From: an uncultured Cytophagales bacterium
GTDB lineage: Bacteria > Bacteroidota > Bacteroidia > Cytophagales > Bernardetiaceae
Direction of reading: 5' to 3'
Assembly: GCA_963761725.1 (NCBI GenBank)
Contig: CAVXHP010000006.1
Location: 253,534-317,533, forward strand
DNA length: 64,000 nucleotides
The notes under the pieces are model-generated. The model had not been told where the DNA came from and searched no databases. It saw only the letters and a list, made by a program, of their open reading frames with translations. Positions within the stretch are counted from its first letter, which is position 1. Each line of letters starts with the position of its first letter. Of the stretch, positions 21,101 through 30,355 are shown one piece after another. The translations under genes and the position numbers were made by a program.

Positions 21101-22151
21101 TCTAAAAAAGCTCTCTGTACTCACTCTTATTGCTGGATTTATTTTATCTAGCACCTCCAATTCTCTGGCTCAATCGCAGCCTGATACTGTCATTATTGAT
21201 TTTGGAGATAGTAGTAAAGTAAATGTATTTATTCAAAACCAAAAAGATGCAAAGGAAATACGCAATCTTGATTGGAATTTGATTATGGAAAGAACGGCTA
21301 ATTATCTTGAAGAAGCACATCAAAACAACGATAAAGCTGAAAACGAAAGAAAGAAAAAAGAAATTAGCGATGTAGAGGAAACAGAAGACACTTCTAAAAA
21401 AGAAGATGGCAAAACTACTACAATTATTTTCGGAACAAAAGGAATTCGTATCGAACATGATGAAGATGGAGATGGAGTAGCTGATGAGCGTAAGCCAAAA
21501 ACTAAATATCGGAGAACAACTCACTACCAAATTCCAATTGAATTTGGTCTAAACAACTACTTTCAAAACGGTAACTTTGGAGAAACACCAACAGGAGAAG
21601 ATCATGAATTACGCACTTGGGGTTCTCGTTACTTTGCCTTTGGTACTATGTTCAAAACTCAAATTGGTGGTCAGAAAAGTCCTCTTTTGATACAATATGG
21701 ATTAGAAGCATCGTGGAACAACTTTATGTTTTCTGGAGATAATTATGCTTTAGAAACACTAAATGGAATTGAGTTTCCTGAATATGAAAATTCATTAGAA
21801 AAATCAAAACTAACGGCTGCTTATATAAACTTACCTCTTATGGTTCATTTAGATTTTGCAGAAAATAATAAAAGAGGTCTAAAATTAGCCTTTGGTGGTT
21901 ATGCAGGATATAGAGTTGGTGGTTATACCAAAATTGTATATCGTGAAAATGGCGACCGTCAGAAAGATAAAGAACATTCTAATTTCCTATTAAATGATTG
22001 GAGATATGGTCTAAGAGCAGAAATTGGAATTGGAGAAGACAAATTTGATAGTGGTCTGCGTCTTTTCTTTAGTTATGACCTCAATCCACTTTTTACAGAA
22101 AATTCGAATGCTCCCAAATTAAATGCTTTTAGTTTCGGAATTAGACTTTGA
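21081..22151 (+). CDS. Outer-membrane beta-barrel protein (OMP_b-brl-type)
   Basis: A signal peptide (MKFKQINLKKLSVLTLIAGFILSSTSNSLAQ) and alternating-polarity strands with a C-terminal ...FSFGIRL are present. The stop codon TGA is formed at the junction with the IS. Confidence 0.5.
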   Translation: MKFKQINLKKLSVLTLIAGFILSSTSNSLAQSQPDTVIIDFGDSSKVNVFIQNQKDAKEIRNLDWNLIMERTANYLEEAHQNNDKAENERKKKEISDVEETEDTSKKEDGKTTTIIFGTKGIRIEHDEDGDGVADERKPKTKYRRTTHYQIPIEFGLNNYFQNGNFGETPTGEDHELRTWGSRYFAFGTMFKTQIGGQKSPLLIQYGLEASWNNFMFSGDNYALETLNGIEFPEYENSLEKSKLTAAYINLPLMVHLDFAENNKRGLKLAFGGYAGYRVGGYTKIVYRENGDRQKDKEHSNFLLNDWRYGLRAEIGIGEDKFDSGLRLFFSYDLNPLFTENSNAPKLNAFSFGIRL

Positions 22152-23096
22152 AGCTGTTTAAACTTTTTTATTTTTCATAAAGTATTCCCAAAAAGTGTTA
22201 TTTTTAAATAGACTAACATTTAAAATTACTACACTCATGGGAATACTTGGCAAAGATATAATTGAAAAATGGATTTTACCTCATTTACCAGTTGGAAAAA
22301 GAGGTTTTAGTATTGGAGTTCCTTTGGAAGAACTTGTTGAATGTATCTTGCATCGTTTAAAAACAGGTTGTCAATGGCGAGAACTTCCAACAAGACAATT
22401 TTTTGTAAGTGGTACTGTTTTAGACTGGAATACAGTTTATTATCACTTCAATAAATGGTCTAAAGCAGGTTGTTGGAAGCAAATTTGGCTTTCAGTTCTG
22501 ATAGCTCATCGTGAGTATTTAGACTTATCTTCTATAGAATTAGATGGAAGCCACACTCCTGCTAAAAATGGAGGAGAAGCTGTTGGCTATCAAGGACGAA
22601 AAGGTTGCAAAACAAGCAATGCTTTGTTTATGTCTGATAGTCAAGGTGTTATGCTCGCCATTTCTACTCCTCAAGAAGGACAGCACCACGATTTGTTTGA
22701 AATACAAACTCTTTTTGAAGAGTTATGCACTATTTTAAAAGAGGCGAAAATTGATTTAGAAGACTTGTTTTTGAATGCAGACCCTGGATTTGATTCAGAG
22801 AATTTCAGAGAAGCCTGTAAGAAAGAGAATATATTTCCTAATGTGAAACCAAATCCGAGAAATAACTCAAAAAATGAAGATAGAGAACCTTATCAAAGTG
22901 GAACACATATTTTTGATGAGCAACTTTATAAAAAAAGAACAGTAATTGAACATGCTAATGCTTGGTTAGATGGATTTAAAGCTCTTTTAGTACGATTTGA
23001 GTTTAAAAAACAGAATTGGGTAGCTTTACATTTTATCGCATTTGTAATTATATTTTTAAGGAAAATTAAGAAACTAAAAAAAGTTTAAACAGCTTC
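22150..23096 (+). mobile_element. IS5-family insertion sequence (~947 bp), with perfect 20-bp terminal inverted repeats GAAGCTGTTTAAACTTTTTT and flanking TTT on both sides
   Basis: The left IR lies at 22150-22169. Its reverse complement lies at 23077-23096. The TTT flanks (22147-22149 and 23097-23099) are a putative 3-bp TSD. The element contains a single DDE transposase ORF. Confidence 0.75.
22195..23088 (+). CDS. IS5-family DDE transposase (DUF4096 N-terminal + DDE_Tnp_1-like)
   Basis: The HRLKTGCQWRELP...WSKAGCWKQIW N-terminal motif plus a DDE C-terminal region are present. The TAA stop lies inside the right IR. Confidence 0.75.
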   Translation: MLFLNRLTFKITTLMGILGKDIIEKWILPHLPVGKRGFSIGVPLEELVECILHRLKTGCQWRELPTRQFFVSGTVLDWNTVYYHFNKWSKAGCWKQIWLSVLIAHREYLDLSSIELDGSHTPAKNGGEAVGYQGRKGCKTSNALFMSDSQGVMLAISTPQEGQHHDLFEIQTLFEELCTILKEAKIDLEDLFLNADPGFDSENFREACKKENIFPNVKPNPRNNSKNEDREPYQSGTHIFDEQLYKKRTVIEHANAWLDGFKALLVRFEFKKQNWVALHFIAFVIIFLRKIKKLKKV

Positions 23097-23564
23097 TTTA
23101 AAATAAAGTAAGAAGTAAAATGTCAGAGGTTAAGTAGTCGTACAAAATTAATAATACATATTAGCGAGTGATTTTTAAGATTTTTAAGATAAAATACAAG
23201 ATAAATGCAAATAAAACAAATAATAATTGTTTTTTTAATAGTAATTAAATTTTTATTGCATTTATCTTCATTCATCATATAGATCATAAAAATCATTTAC
23301 CAATAAGTTCAAGTCATTTTTATTTTGTCCAACTACTTAGAAATGTAGAATTTGACTTCATACTTCTGACTTTCATTAAAAAACCAGCTATGATAATTAA
23401 ATAATCAAACAAATACTCTCTTCCAATTAATGAAGAATAAGCAATTACAAATATCTTGTAGTTGCTTATTTTTTTTGATTTTACTTTACTAAAAAAATGA
23501 ATAGTTTTACGGTATTGAATTTTAGCTATTTTAGCTAAAGAGTAATATTTAAAAAAATCAAAAA

Positions 23565-24179
23565 ATGAAATTAAATTACTTATTCTTATTGGCACTAATC
23601 ATTCTTAATTCTTGTAAAAATCTACCTTCTACCTCTAGCACTTCTTTTTTTTCAGAAGAAGAATTAAAATTAATCTATGAGCAGGATTCTAGTCAAGCCA
23701 TGCGTGTTTGGAAAATTACAAATAAAGAAGATTCTATATTTTTGAGGAAGAGTTCTCAAGAGGTAAAATTTGACCCAACAGACACCACTATTCAGCATTT
23801 CGTTTACCGACTTTTCAAAACGGTTCGTCATCCCAACTCATTAGGAGTAGGAATTGCTGCTCCACAAGTAGGAATTAATAAGCGTATTATTTGGGTAAAG
23901 CGTTTTGATAAAGTGACAGAAGAAATGCCTTTTGAGGTTTATATCAATCCTAAAATTATCAAATATAGCGACGAAGTAAAAGAAACGATGGAAGGCTGCC
24001 TTTCTATTCCAGACCGTAGAGAAAAAGTAATTCGTCCAGACAAAATAACGATTGAATACCAGACTTTAGATGGAGAAAAACACCAAGAAATTGTCAATGG
24101 TTTTACTTCTGTTATCTTTCAACACGAAATAGACCATCTTGATGGAATATTGTATTTGGATCATTTGAAGAATGAGTGA
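23565..24179 (+). CDS. def: Peptide deformylase with an N-terminal lipoprotein-signal-like extension
   Basis: Catalytic motifs GIAAPQVGINKRIIWV, EGCLSIP and HEIDHLDG are present. The first ~45 aa (MKLNYLFLLALIILNSCKN...) resemble a lipoprotein signal. An alternative internal start is MRVWKIT.... Confidence 0.7.
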   Translation: MKLNYLFLLALIILNSCKNLPSTSSTSFFSEEELKLIYEQDSSQAMRVWKITNKEDSIFLRKSSQEVKFDPTDTTIQHFVYRLFKTVRHPNSLGVGIAAPQVGINKRIIWVKRFDKVTEEMPFEVYINPKIIKYSDEVKETMEGCLSIPDRREKVIRPDKITIEYQTLDGEKHQEIVNGFTSVIFQHEIDHLDGILYLDHLKNE

Positions 24180-24273
24180 GATATTGTTACTTATTAGATT
24201 TAATGAATTTTAGCTACAGAGATTACATTGCTCTGCAACTAAAATTCTGAAAATAATTTAATTAATAATCATA

Positions 24274-24810
24274 ATGTCAAAAAAAACTAAACTGATTTTA
24301 TTATTTTTAATGATGACTCTACTACAGTCTTGTAAAAATGATAAGTCAAATACTAATATAGAATTAAAGTTAGATAGCATTTTTATTAATCAACACCAAA
24401 ATAAAGAAATTGAAGGTTTACCCTATGTTTTTTTCTATTATAGTTTTTTCAACAATACAAAAGATACAGTCATTTTAGATTTTAAAATGTTTGCAGACTT
24501 AGAAAATGCTAATTTAGAAAACGCTAGAGATAGAGCCTTTTGTTTGTGTAACAAAGATTCAATAGAGTTATTTACTGATATACTTGATGAATACATAGTT
24601 CCTCCTAATAAAGTACAAGATATTAGATTTGGTATTTCTATTGATTTTTTTACAGATAATAATCTTAAACTAGACACATTAACTTTTTATGCAAATAATT
24701 GTAAAAACATATTCTACATAAATAGTAAAATTATTGAAGACCTTTCCATTAAGCCTAAAATTAGATATAGAGATGTAAATGATACATCAGAAACTCAAAT
24801 TTGGAAATAG
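24274..24810 (+). CDS. Lipoprotein of unknown function
   Basis: A signal peptide with lipobox LLQSC is present. 178 aa. Confidence 0.4.
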   Translation: MSKKTKLILLFLMMTLLQSCKNDKSNTNIELKLDSIFINQHQNKEIEGLPYVFFYYSFFNNTKDTVILDFKMFADLENANLENARDRAFCLCNKDSIELFTDILDEYIVPPNKVQDIRFGISIDFFTDNNLKLDTLTFYANNCKNIFYINSKIIEDLSIKPKIRYRDVNDTSETQIWK

Positions 24811-24869
24811 ATAAATTTATTAATGTTTGTGTTCTGCAAACAACATTCCCAACATTTTTCTAAAATCAC

Positions 24870-24900
24870 AATCTCATAATTATTATTTTATCAAAATAAA
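24870..24900. repeat. 31-bp direct repeat AATCTCATAATTATTATTTTATCAAAATAAA (left copy; putative attL)
   Basis: It is identical to 40069-40099. It lies 137 bp upstream of the integrase gene. Confidence 0.7.
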
Positions 24901-25036
24901 CAATCTATTGTTTTTTTACTTTTTATGTATAATATGAAAACGCCCCTCAGATATAAATAAGGCACTTTTTAGTCAAAAGAGTTGAATAAGTCAAAGTAGA
25001 ACATAGTGATTTTTTTTACACTATATTTACACCAAG

Positions 25037-26266
25037 ATGTCTTCTATCAAAACTATTTTGTACACACAGAAAAAACTAGCAGACGGACAGTCGCCAGTTA
25101 TGCTTTACGTTTATGAAGAAAAACCTTATCGTCTTTCACTAGGTTACAGAGCTTTTCCGAAAGACTGGGATAATAAGAAAGGGAGGTTTAATAAAAGCCA
25201 TCCTAATGCAAAAGCTAAAAACCTTGAATTACGTAAAAAGGAACTACTTGCTCACGAGCTTGTAGATGATTTTGTCAGAAAAGGAGAACGATTTGATTTC
25301 CCTACTTTCAAAAAAGTATTTAGAGGAGAAAAAGAAGAAAAACAGGAAGAGAAAAAAGAAGTTAATTTTTATGACTTTGTTGAAGAGCTAATTTCTGCTA
25401 AGAAAAAACTTGGAAAAATATCTACTTCAAGAGGTTACAAAGATGTTTACAATATCTTAAAGCGTTACCATCCAAAGCCATTAAAGTTTGAGGATATAAA
25501 CTATTCCTTTCTGAAAAAAATAGAAGCTGAACTATTTGCAATAGGGTCTAAAAAAGGAACTGTCTTTACTCGTATGGCTATACTAAGAGCTATGTATTAT
25601 GAAGGTATTAGATGCAATCACATTTCAAAAGATAAAAACCCCTTTAATAATTCCTTTAAAAAAGACGGATATAATTTTTCAAAATTTAAGTCAGATTTAA
25701 GACCTAGAGCTTTAGATAAAGAAGAGTTAGATAGGTTCAGAAATTTTGATATTAAGAAATATCCAGAGCTATCCTTAGCTTGGTATTATTTTATGTTTTC
25801 TTTCAAGTTGTTTGGGATTAATTTCACAGATATAGCAAAGCTAACAGACGATAATATTAAAGGCACACGTTTGGAGTATGTAAGACAAAAAACAGGTAAA
25901 TCCTTTAGTTTGCTACTAACAAAAGAAACACAAGATATTATAAAAAATTTTAGTTCTGAATCAGATTATCTCTTTCCAGTTCTCAAAAAAGAGAAGCATA
26001 ACACTATTGTAAAAATAAAAAACAAAATAGGTAATACTCAAAAGCAAATCAACGACGATTTGAGACAAATTGCACTAATCCAAGGCATTAGTAAATATAT
26101 CACGTTTTATACAGCTAGACATACTGCTGCAATGGCTTTAAAACGCAAGGGAATAAGCACAGATATTATTTCAGAAGCGTTAGGACACAGCGACTTAGCA
26201 GTTACACAACATTATTTGTCTAAGTTTGATAACAATGTTTTAGATAGTGCTATAATGGACTTGTAG
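25037..26266 (+). CDS. Tyrosine site-specific integrase (Bacteroidota type)
   Basis: An N-terminal arm-binding-like region (ILYTQKKLADGQSPVMLYVYEEKPYRLSLGY) is present. The C-terminal catalytic region is ...ARHTAAMALKRKGISTDIISEALGHSDLAVTQHYL, carrying the R..H..R..Y signature. Confidence 0.85.
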   Translation: MSSIKTILYTQKKLADGQSPVMLYVYEEKPYRLSLGYRAFPKDWDNKKGRFNKSHPNAKAKNLELRKKELLAHELVDDFVRKGERFDFPTFKKVFRGEKEEKQEEKKEVNFYDFVEELISAKKKLGKISTSRGYKDVYNILKRYHPKPLKFEDINYSFLKKIEAELFAIGSKKGTVFTRMAILRAMYYEGIRCNHISKDKNPFNNSFKKDGYNFSKFKSDLRPRALDKEELDRFRNFDIKKYPELSLAWYYFMFSFKLFGINFTDIAKLTDDNIKGTRLEYVRQKTGKSFSLLLTKETQDIIKNFSSESDYLFPVLKKEKHNTIVKIKNKIGNTQKQINDDLRQIALIQGISKYITFYTARHTAAMALKRKGISTDIISEALGHSDLAVTQHYLSKFDNNVLDSAIMDL

Positions 26267-26353
26267 CACTTATTCGGATTCAAATCACTTGAAATATCCA
26301 TTTCTATTTACATACTCTTGAAAATAAATTTTCAAACAAAAATGTAACACAAA

Positions 26354-26668
26354 ATGGATATTTCAAAATTTGGCTGGACACGAAAAGAACAAGAAGTAAA
26401 AACAGGAGATTATCATTTTTCTGGTCGTATTCTTATGACAGCTACTGTTCAAGAGCATTTAGAACAAGAGGTAATACAAGCTATTGTATTTGATGCCTTG
26501 AAATTTGCAAAAGAACAAAACGGAATAGACTATTTATTAGTCTATCTAAATGCAGAAACAGGCGAAAAGCTATTTTTCATTGATGAATCTACTAAGGCTG
26601 AATTACAGTCTGGTCAAAAGCCACAAGAGTATAATTATGCTACTCTTATGTTTGCAGAAGATTACTAA
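26354..26668 (+). CDS. Hypothetical protein (104 aa)
   Basis: Intact ORF directly downstream of the integrase. No family recognised. Confidence 0.3.
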   Translation: MDISKFGWTRKEQEVKTGDYHFSGRILMTATVQEHLEQEVIQAIVFDALKFAKEQNGIDYLLVYLNAETGEKLFFIDESTKAELQSGQKPQEYNYATLMFAEDY

Positions 26669-26677
26669 AAAAACAAA

Positions 26678-26712
26678 AAGCAAGAACAGATTTGTTCTTG
26701 CTTTTCTTTTAT
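26678..26712. terminator. Bidirectional rho-independent terminator hairpin (GCAAGAACAgattTGTTCTTGC followed by a T-run)
   Basis: It lies between the convergent genes 26354..26668 (+) and 26728..27090 (-). Confidence 0.5.
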
Positions 26713-26727
26713 AAAGAATATTATCTT

Positions 26728-27090
26728 TTATAAGATTCTGGTTCCATCTTCTACTTTAAAAGAAGGCTCTAACAATACAGTTCCTTCTTTTTTACATATA
26801 GCAGCCAATACTAAAACCTCAGATTTCACACCAGCAATCCTTTTTGAAGGGAAATTAATTACAGCAATGATTTGTTTGTTCATTAGGTCTTCAATAGTGT
26901 AATTTTCTGTTATTTGTGCAGAACTATTTTTTACCCCTAACTTTCCAAAGTCAATTTCTAATTTATAAGCTGGTTTACGAGCCTTTGGATTTAGTTCTAC
27001 TGATATTATAGTTCCAGTAAACATTCCAACTTTTAAGAAATCATCAAACTGGATTTCTTGTAAATTTTCTATATTTTGCATTGATTTCAA
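26728..27090 (-). CDS. tRNA-binding-domain protein (CsaA/EMAP-like)
   Basis: 120 aa. The MFTGTIISVELNPKARKPAYKLEIDFG...QIIAVINFPSKRIAGVKSEVLVLAA motif is typical of the tRNA_bind fold. Confidence 0.6.
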   Translation of the reverse strand: MKSMQNIENLQEIQFDDFLKVGMFTGTIISVELNPKARKPAYKLEIDFGKLGVKNSSAQITENYTIEDLMNKQIIAVINFPSKRIAGVKSEVLVLAAICKKEGTVLLEPSFKVEDGTRIL

Positions 27091-27165
27091 AGGTTAAATT
27101 AAATGTTTTAAACAAAAACTCCCCACTACTGACTATCAGTATAGTGAGGAGGATTACTATTTTAA

Positions 27166-28074
27166 CTAATCAAAACCATTAACCAAGCTAAATTCTAAAG
27201 GAATTTCCAAATGCTCCTCTAAAGAATCAAACTTGAAAGAAGGGTGTTTTTCGCTTTTTGGTCTTCTCGTGAAGAAAAGAATCATATCTCGCCACGCTTC
27301 TAAGTTTTCGTCGTGTGGATTCAATGCAGATACTGAATGTTTCAATTCGCTATCTACAATAATAAGGGTATCTAAAAAATGCCAATGTTGGCACTTACCT
27401 ATAACAAATCTAGGGTCTGTTTTATCCCAAGATACGCCTATTTGTTGCTTTTCATTATGTACTTCTGATATTGCAGAGTTCTTTTTCATATTACTAGAAC
27501 GAATAAACGTAGTCATAGTATGCTCTACTCCATCGCTATGAACCCCCTCTTTTGCAGGTTCTCCAATATGGTCTTTATTAGTGATAGTACGAAGCTGAAA
27601 AACTGTTGATACCCAACACATTACATCTTTTTGCAAGTTTGAACGAAGTTTTACATCCACGCTGCTAATAATGATAGCCTTAAATTTCATTAGAGCTTGA
27701 AATGCAGTGTTACATTGTAAATTATCTTGAATCCCTCTAAAATGACGCAACATACCTGCATCATCTCTGACAAAATCTTCATCCTCAGAAAGAACAAAAG
27801 GTTGAAATTTTAGTCTAGAAACTTTCTCTTCTTGTAGGTTAATAAGAAAACGACCATTACGAGACTTTCTAAACGGAAGAGTTGGGTCTTCTCCCAAATC
27901 TTGGTTAGCATATTGAAGATTAGACAAATCTTCCTCACTTGCACCTAAAAAGCGTAGGATAGTTTCAATCTTCCATCCTTGAATAAAAACAAATCTGTTT
28001 TTTTCATAATTTTCCTTAATCTCCATTAGGTATTTCCCAACAGGAGTTACTTTTGACATCAAATTTGTACTCAT
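27166..28074 (-). CDS. Hypothetical protein, possibly an Fe(II)/2-oxoglutarate-dependent oxygenase-like fold
   Basis: HSD...(45 aa)...HWH spacing is reminiscent of a His-x-Asp...His facial triad. This is a weak assignment. Confidence 0.25.
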   Translation of the reverse strand: MSTNLMSKVTPVGKYLMEIKENYEKNRFVFIQGWKIETILRFLGASEEDLSNLQYANQDLGEDPTLPFRKSRNGRFLINLQEEKVSRLKFQPFVLSEDEDFVRDDAGMLRHFRGIQDNLQCNTAFQALMKFKAIIISSVDVKLRSNLQKDVMCWVSTVFQLRTITNKDHIGEPAKEGVHSDGVEHTMTTFIRSSNMKKNSAISEVHNEKQQIGVSWDKTDPRFVIGKCQHWHFLDTLIIVDSELKHSVSALNPHDENLEAWRDMILFFTRRPKSEKHPSFKFDSLEEHLEIPLEFSLVNGFD

Positions 28075-28427
28075 AGTATTAGTTATTTTGTTTGAGTATA
28101 AAATAATATTGCGTTTGACTGTCTAATCATTAAAAAAGGTCTAGGTAGTCTTTAAGTTATTTTGTACTACCCAGTGTCGTAAATGTATCCTATTTACGGC
28201 ACTTTTTTTATGTGAAAAAGATAACAAACAACAATGCATCACAAACGTTAGTAATGTTATCATAAATATAAGTTATATTTTTTATTTAGGCAAATTATTT
28301 GATATAATAACTAACAAAAATCACGAATTTTTTTTTCGCAATAGTTTCTACATAAAATATATATTGCTATTATAGCTTACAATTTTGTAGTTTTGCAAAA
28401 AATCACAGCACTAAAACATAATTTATA

Positions 28428-29546
28428 GTGAGAAATAATACAACAAACGTTAGGAATATCTTATCTCTTTGGTTAGGTGTATTCCTTAGTAGGATGAGAC
28501 AACAAAGGAGTATTTCAGCTAATGACCTTAGTACGACAATGAAATTTTCTACTCCTTATTTACGTATGGTGGAAAATGGTCTTACCAACATAGCCCCAGC
28601 AAGAGCATTAGATGTATTGATAGGTTTTACAGACTTATTCAGTTTGAATGGTTACTTGTCATCACTTAGTAATTACTTAGTTGCTGTACAGTATCTATCA
28701 ACTTATGATGACGTAAAAAGCACAAAAGCTGCATTACAAGATTTGAAAGATGCAGATAAAGGTTTAGAAAAATTACTTTCAAATATTAATGATATACATT
28801 GGAAATATTTGGAAGAACAAGATTATGATGAACTAAAGAATAGTTTTGGAAAAAAGCCATTTGTTGAAGAGTTAGAAAAATATTTGACTAATCCATATTA
28901 TGCCCTTAATCAAGTAGATGGAATTGCTCAAAATTGGGCAGACTTATATGGTAAAACACCTTCACTATTTCAAGATTTTCTATATAGAAGATACAATTCA
29001 ATAAAAAACGACATAGAAGACTTAATCTCATACTCTCAATATTATAGCTTATCAGATTGGGAAGATAATAATGAAAAAATGATAGTAAAGTGTTTGGGGA
29101 TTACAAGAAGTATAGACCACTTACTATTAGATTCAGATAAGTTTAAGTGGAGCTTTTTGAAAAATAAAAGTTTTAAAAGTCTGAAATGTATAATATTTGA
29201 GCCGTACAATTCCCTTAAGGAAGATAAACTATTCAGTATAATTTCAGAACAATGCCAAATACCTATTGACAAAGCAAGACAACTTATTAATTTGGTTACA
29301 CTTCCCTCGGATGAGGTAGAGTATATTTGTAATCACTTACCAAGGTATACAAAAAGTTTAAATATAGATTACTGGCTTTATGAATTAAAGAACACAAATA
29401 AAATAGGTTTCTGTATTACTTTTCAAGATAGTTTACCTATAGAACTTAGTAAGCAATATTTAAACTATACTCTATATGATACTTCAGAGATTTTGAGTAA
29501 TGATGAAATACGAGAAATATTTACGATAATAAATCAATATTTATGA
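28428..29546 (+). CDS. XRE-type HTH regulator with a large C-terminal domain of unknown function
   Basis: The N-terminal RQQRSISANDLSTTMKFSTPYLRMVENGLTNI is a Cro/C1-like HTH. The track start is GTG at 28428. An alternative ATG lies at ~28494. The stop overlaps the next gene (ATGA). Confidence 0.45.
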   Translation: MRNNTTNVRNILSLWLGVFLSRMRQQRSISANDLSTTMKFSTPYLRMVENGLTNIAPARALDVLIGFTDLFSLNGYLSSLSNYLVAVQYLSTYDDVKSTKAALQDLKDADKGLEKLLSNINDIHWKYLEEQDYDELKNSFGKKPFVEELEKYLTNPYYALNQVDGIAQNWADLYGKTPSLFQDFLYRRYNSIKNDIEDLISYSQYYSLSDWEDNNEKMIVKCLGITRSIDHLLLDSDKFKWSFLKNKSFKSLKCIIFEPYNSLKEDKLFSIISEQCQIPIDKARQLINLVTLPSDEVEYICNHLPRYTKSLNIDYWLYELKNTNKIGFCITFQDSLPIELSKQYLNYTLYDTSEILSNDEIREIFTIINQYL

Positions 29547-30355
29547 AAGCCAAAATATTATTAGAAACTACTGAGAGTAGTATGCATCTAATAGCTAAAG
29601 AGTTTGGAACTCCAATCTTTGTTAGAAAAAATAAAATACTTAATCTCATATCTGATGTTGTCAGAGTAAAAGCAAACTTATTATACCAAGAAATTGAACT
29701 AAATGGAAATTTCCATTGTGATAATCTTACAGTTGAGAAAGTAAAAGTGTATGGTCTACTTGGCAAAACTAGTAATAGCATAAAAACTAATCTTTTACTA
29801 ACAAAAGACATAAAATTATATACTACATTGCCAGTATTGTCAGTCGGTAATAAGGTAATTATCTCATTTTCTAATTTACAGTTTACATCTAAGAATCAAA
29901 GAGTACTAGACCTTGATGATATACCTAAAGATAAATCTAGCCTTATTAATTTCTGTAAAGTATGTAGAGATAACTGTTGTGTATTAGGTAAAGTAAATGT
30001 AACAGAAGAGGAGTATAGAAAAATTTATGAATATACAGGACGAGGAGATTACTTTTTACGCAATGAAGATGGTGTTAGGCAAATTGACAATGAAAAGGGT
30101 AAATATTGTCGTTTTTTTGATAAAGAAAAAAAACTTTGCTCAATTCAACATATCAAACCAATTGAATGTAAAAGTTACCCAGTTTATTTTGGAGAGAAAG
30201 GTTCAATAAAAAATTTTTCAATCTATACTGGATGTCCTGCAAAAAGCTTTTTGACTGAAAAATATGTTTTACAGGCAAAAAAAGAGCTAGAGAAAATACC
30301 TAAGCAAGACAGAGAAAAATATTATGAGATTACTAAAAAACTGGGACAACTATGA
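29543..30355 (+). CDS. YkgJ-family putative Zn/Fe-chelating (CxxCxxCC) protein
   Basis: The CKVCRDNCC motif is present, plus a downstream cysteine cluster (CRFF...KLCSIQHIKPIECKSYPVYF). Its TGA stop overlaps the potA-like start. Confidence 0.5.
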   Translation: MKAKILLETTESSMHLIAKEFGTPIFVRKNKILNLISDVVRVKANLLYQEIELNGNFHCDNLTVEKVKVYGLLGKTSNSIKTNLLLTKDIKLYTTLPVLSVGNKVIISFSNLQFTSKNQRVLDLDDIPKDKSSLINFCKVCRDNCCVLGKVNVTEEEYRKIYEYTGRGDYFLRNEDGVRQIDNEKGKYCRFFDKEKKLCSIQHIKPIECKSYPVYFGEKGSIKNFSIYTGCPAKSFLTEKYVLQAKKELEKIPKQDREKYYEITKKLGQL

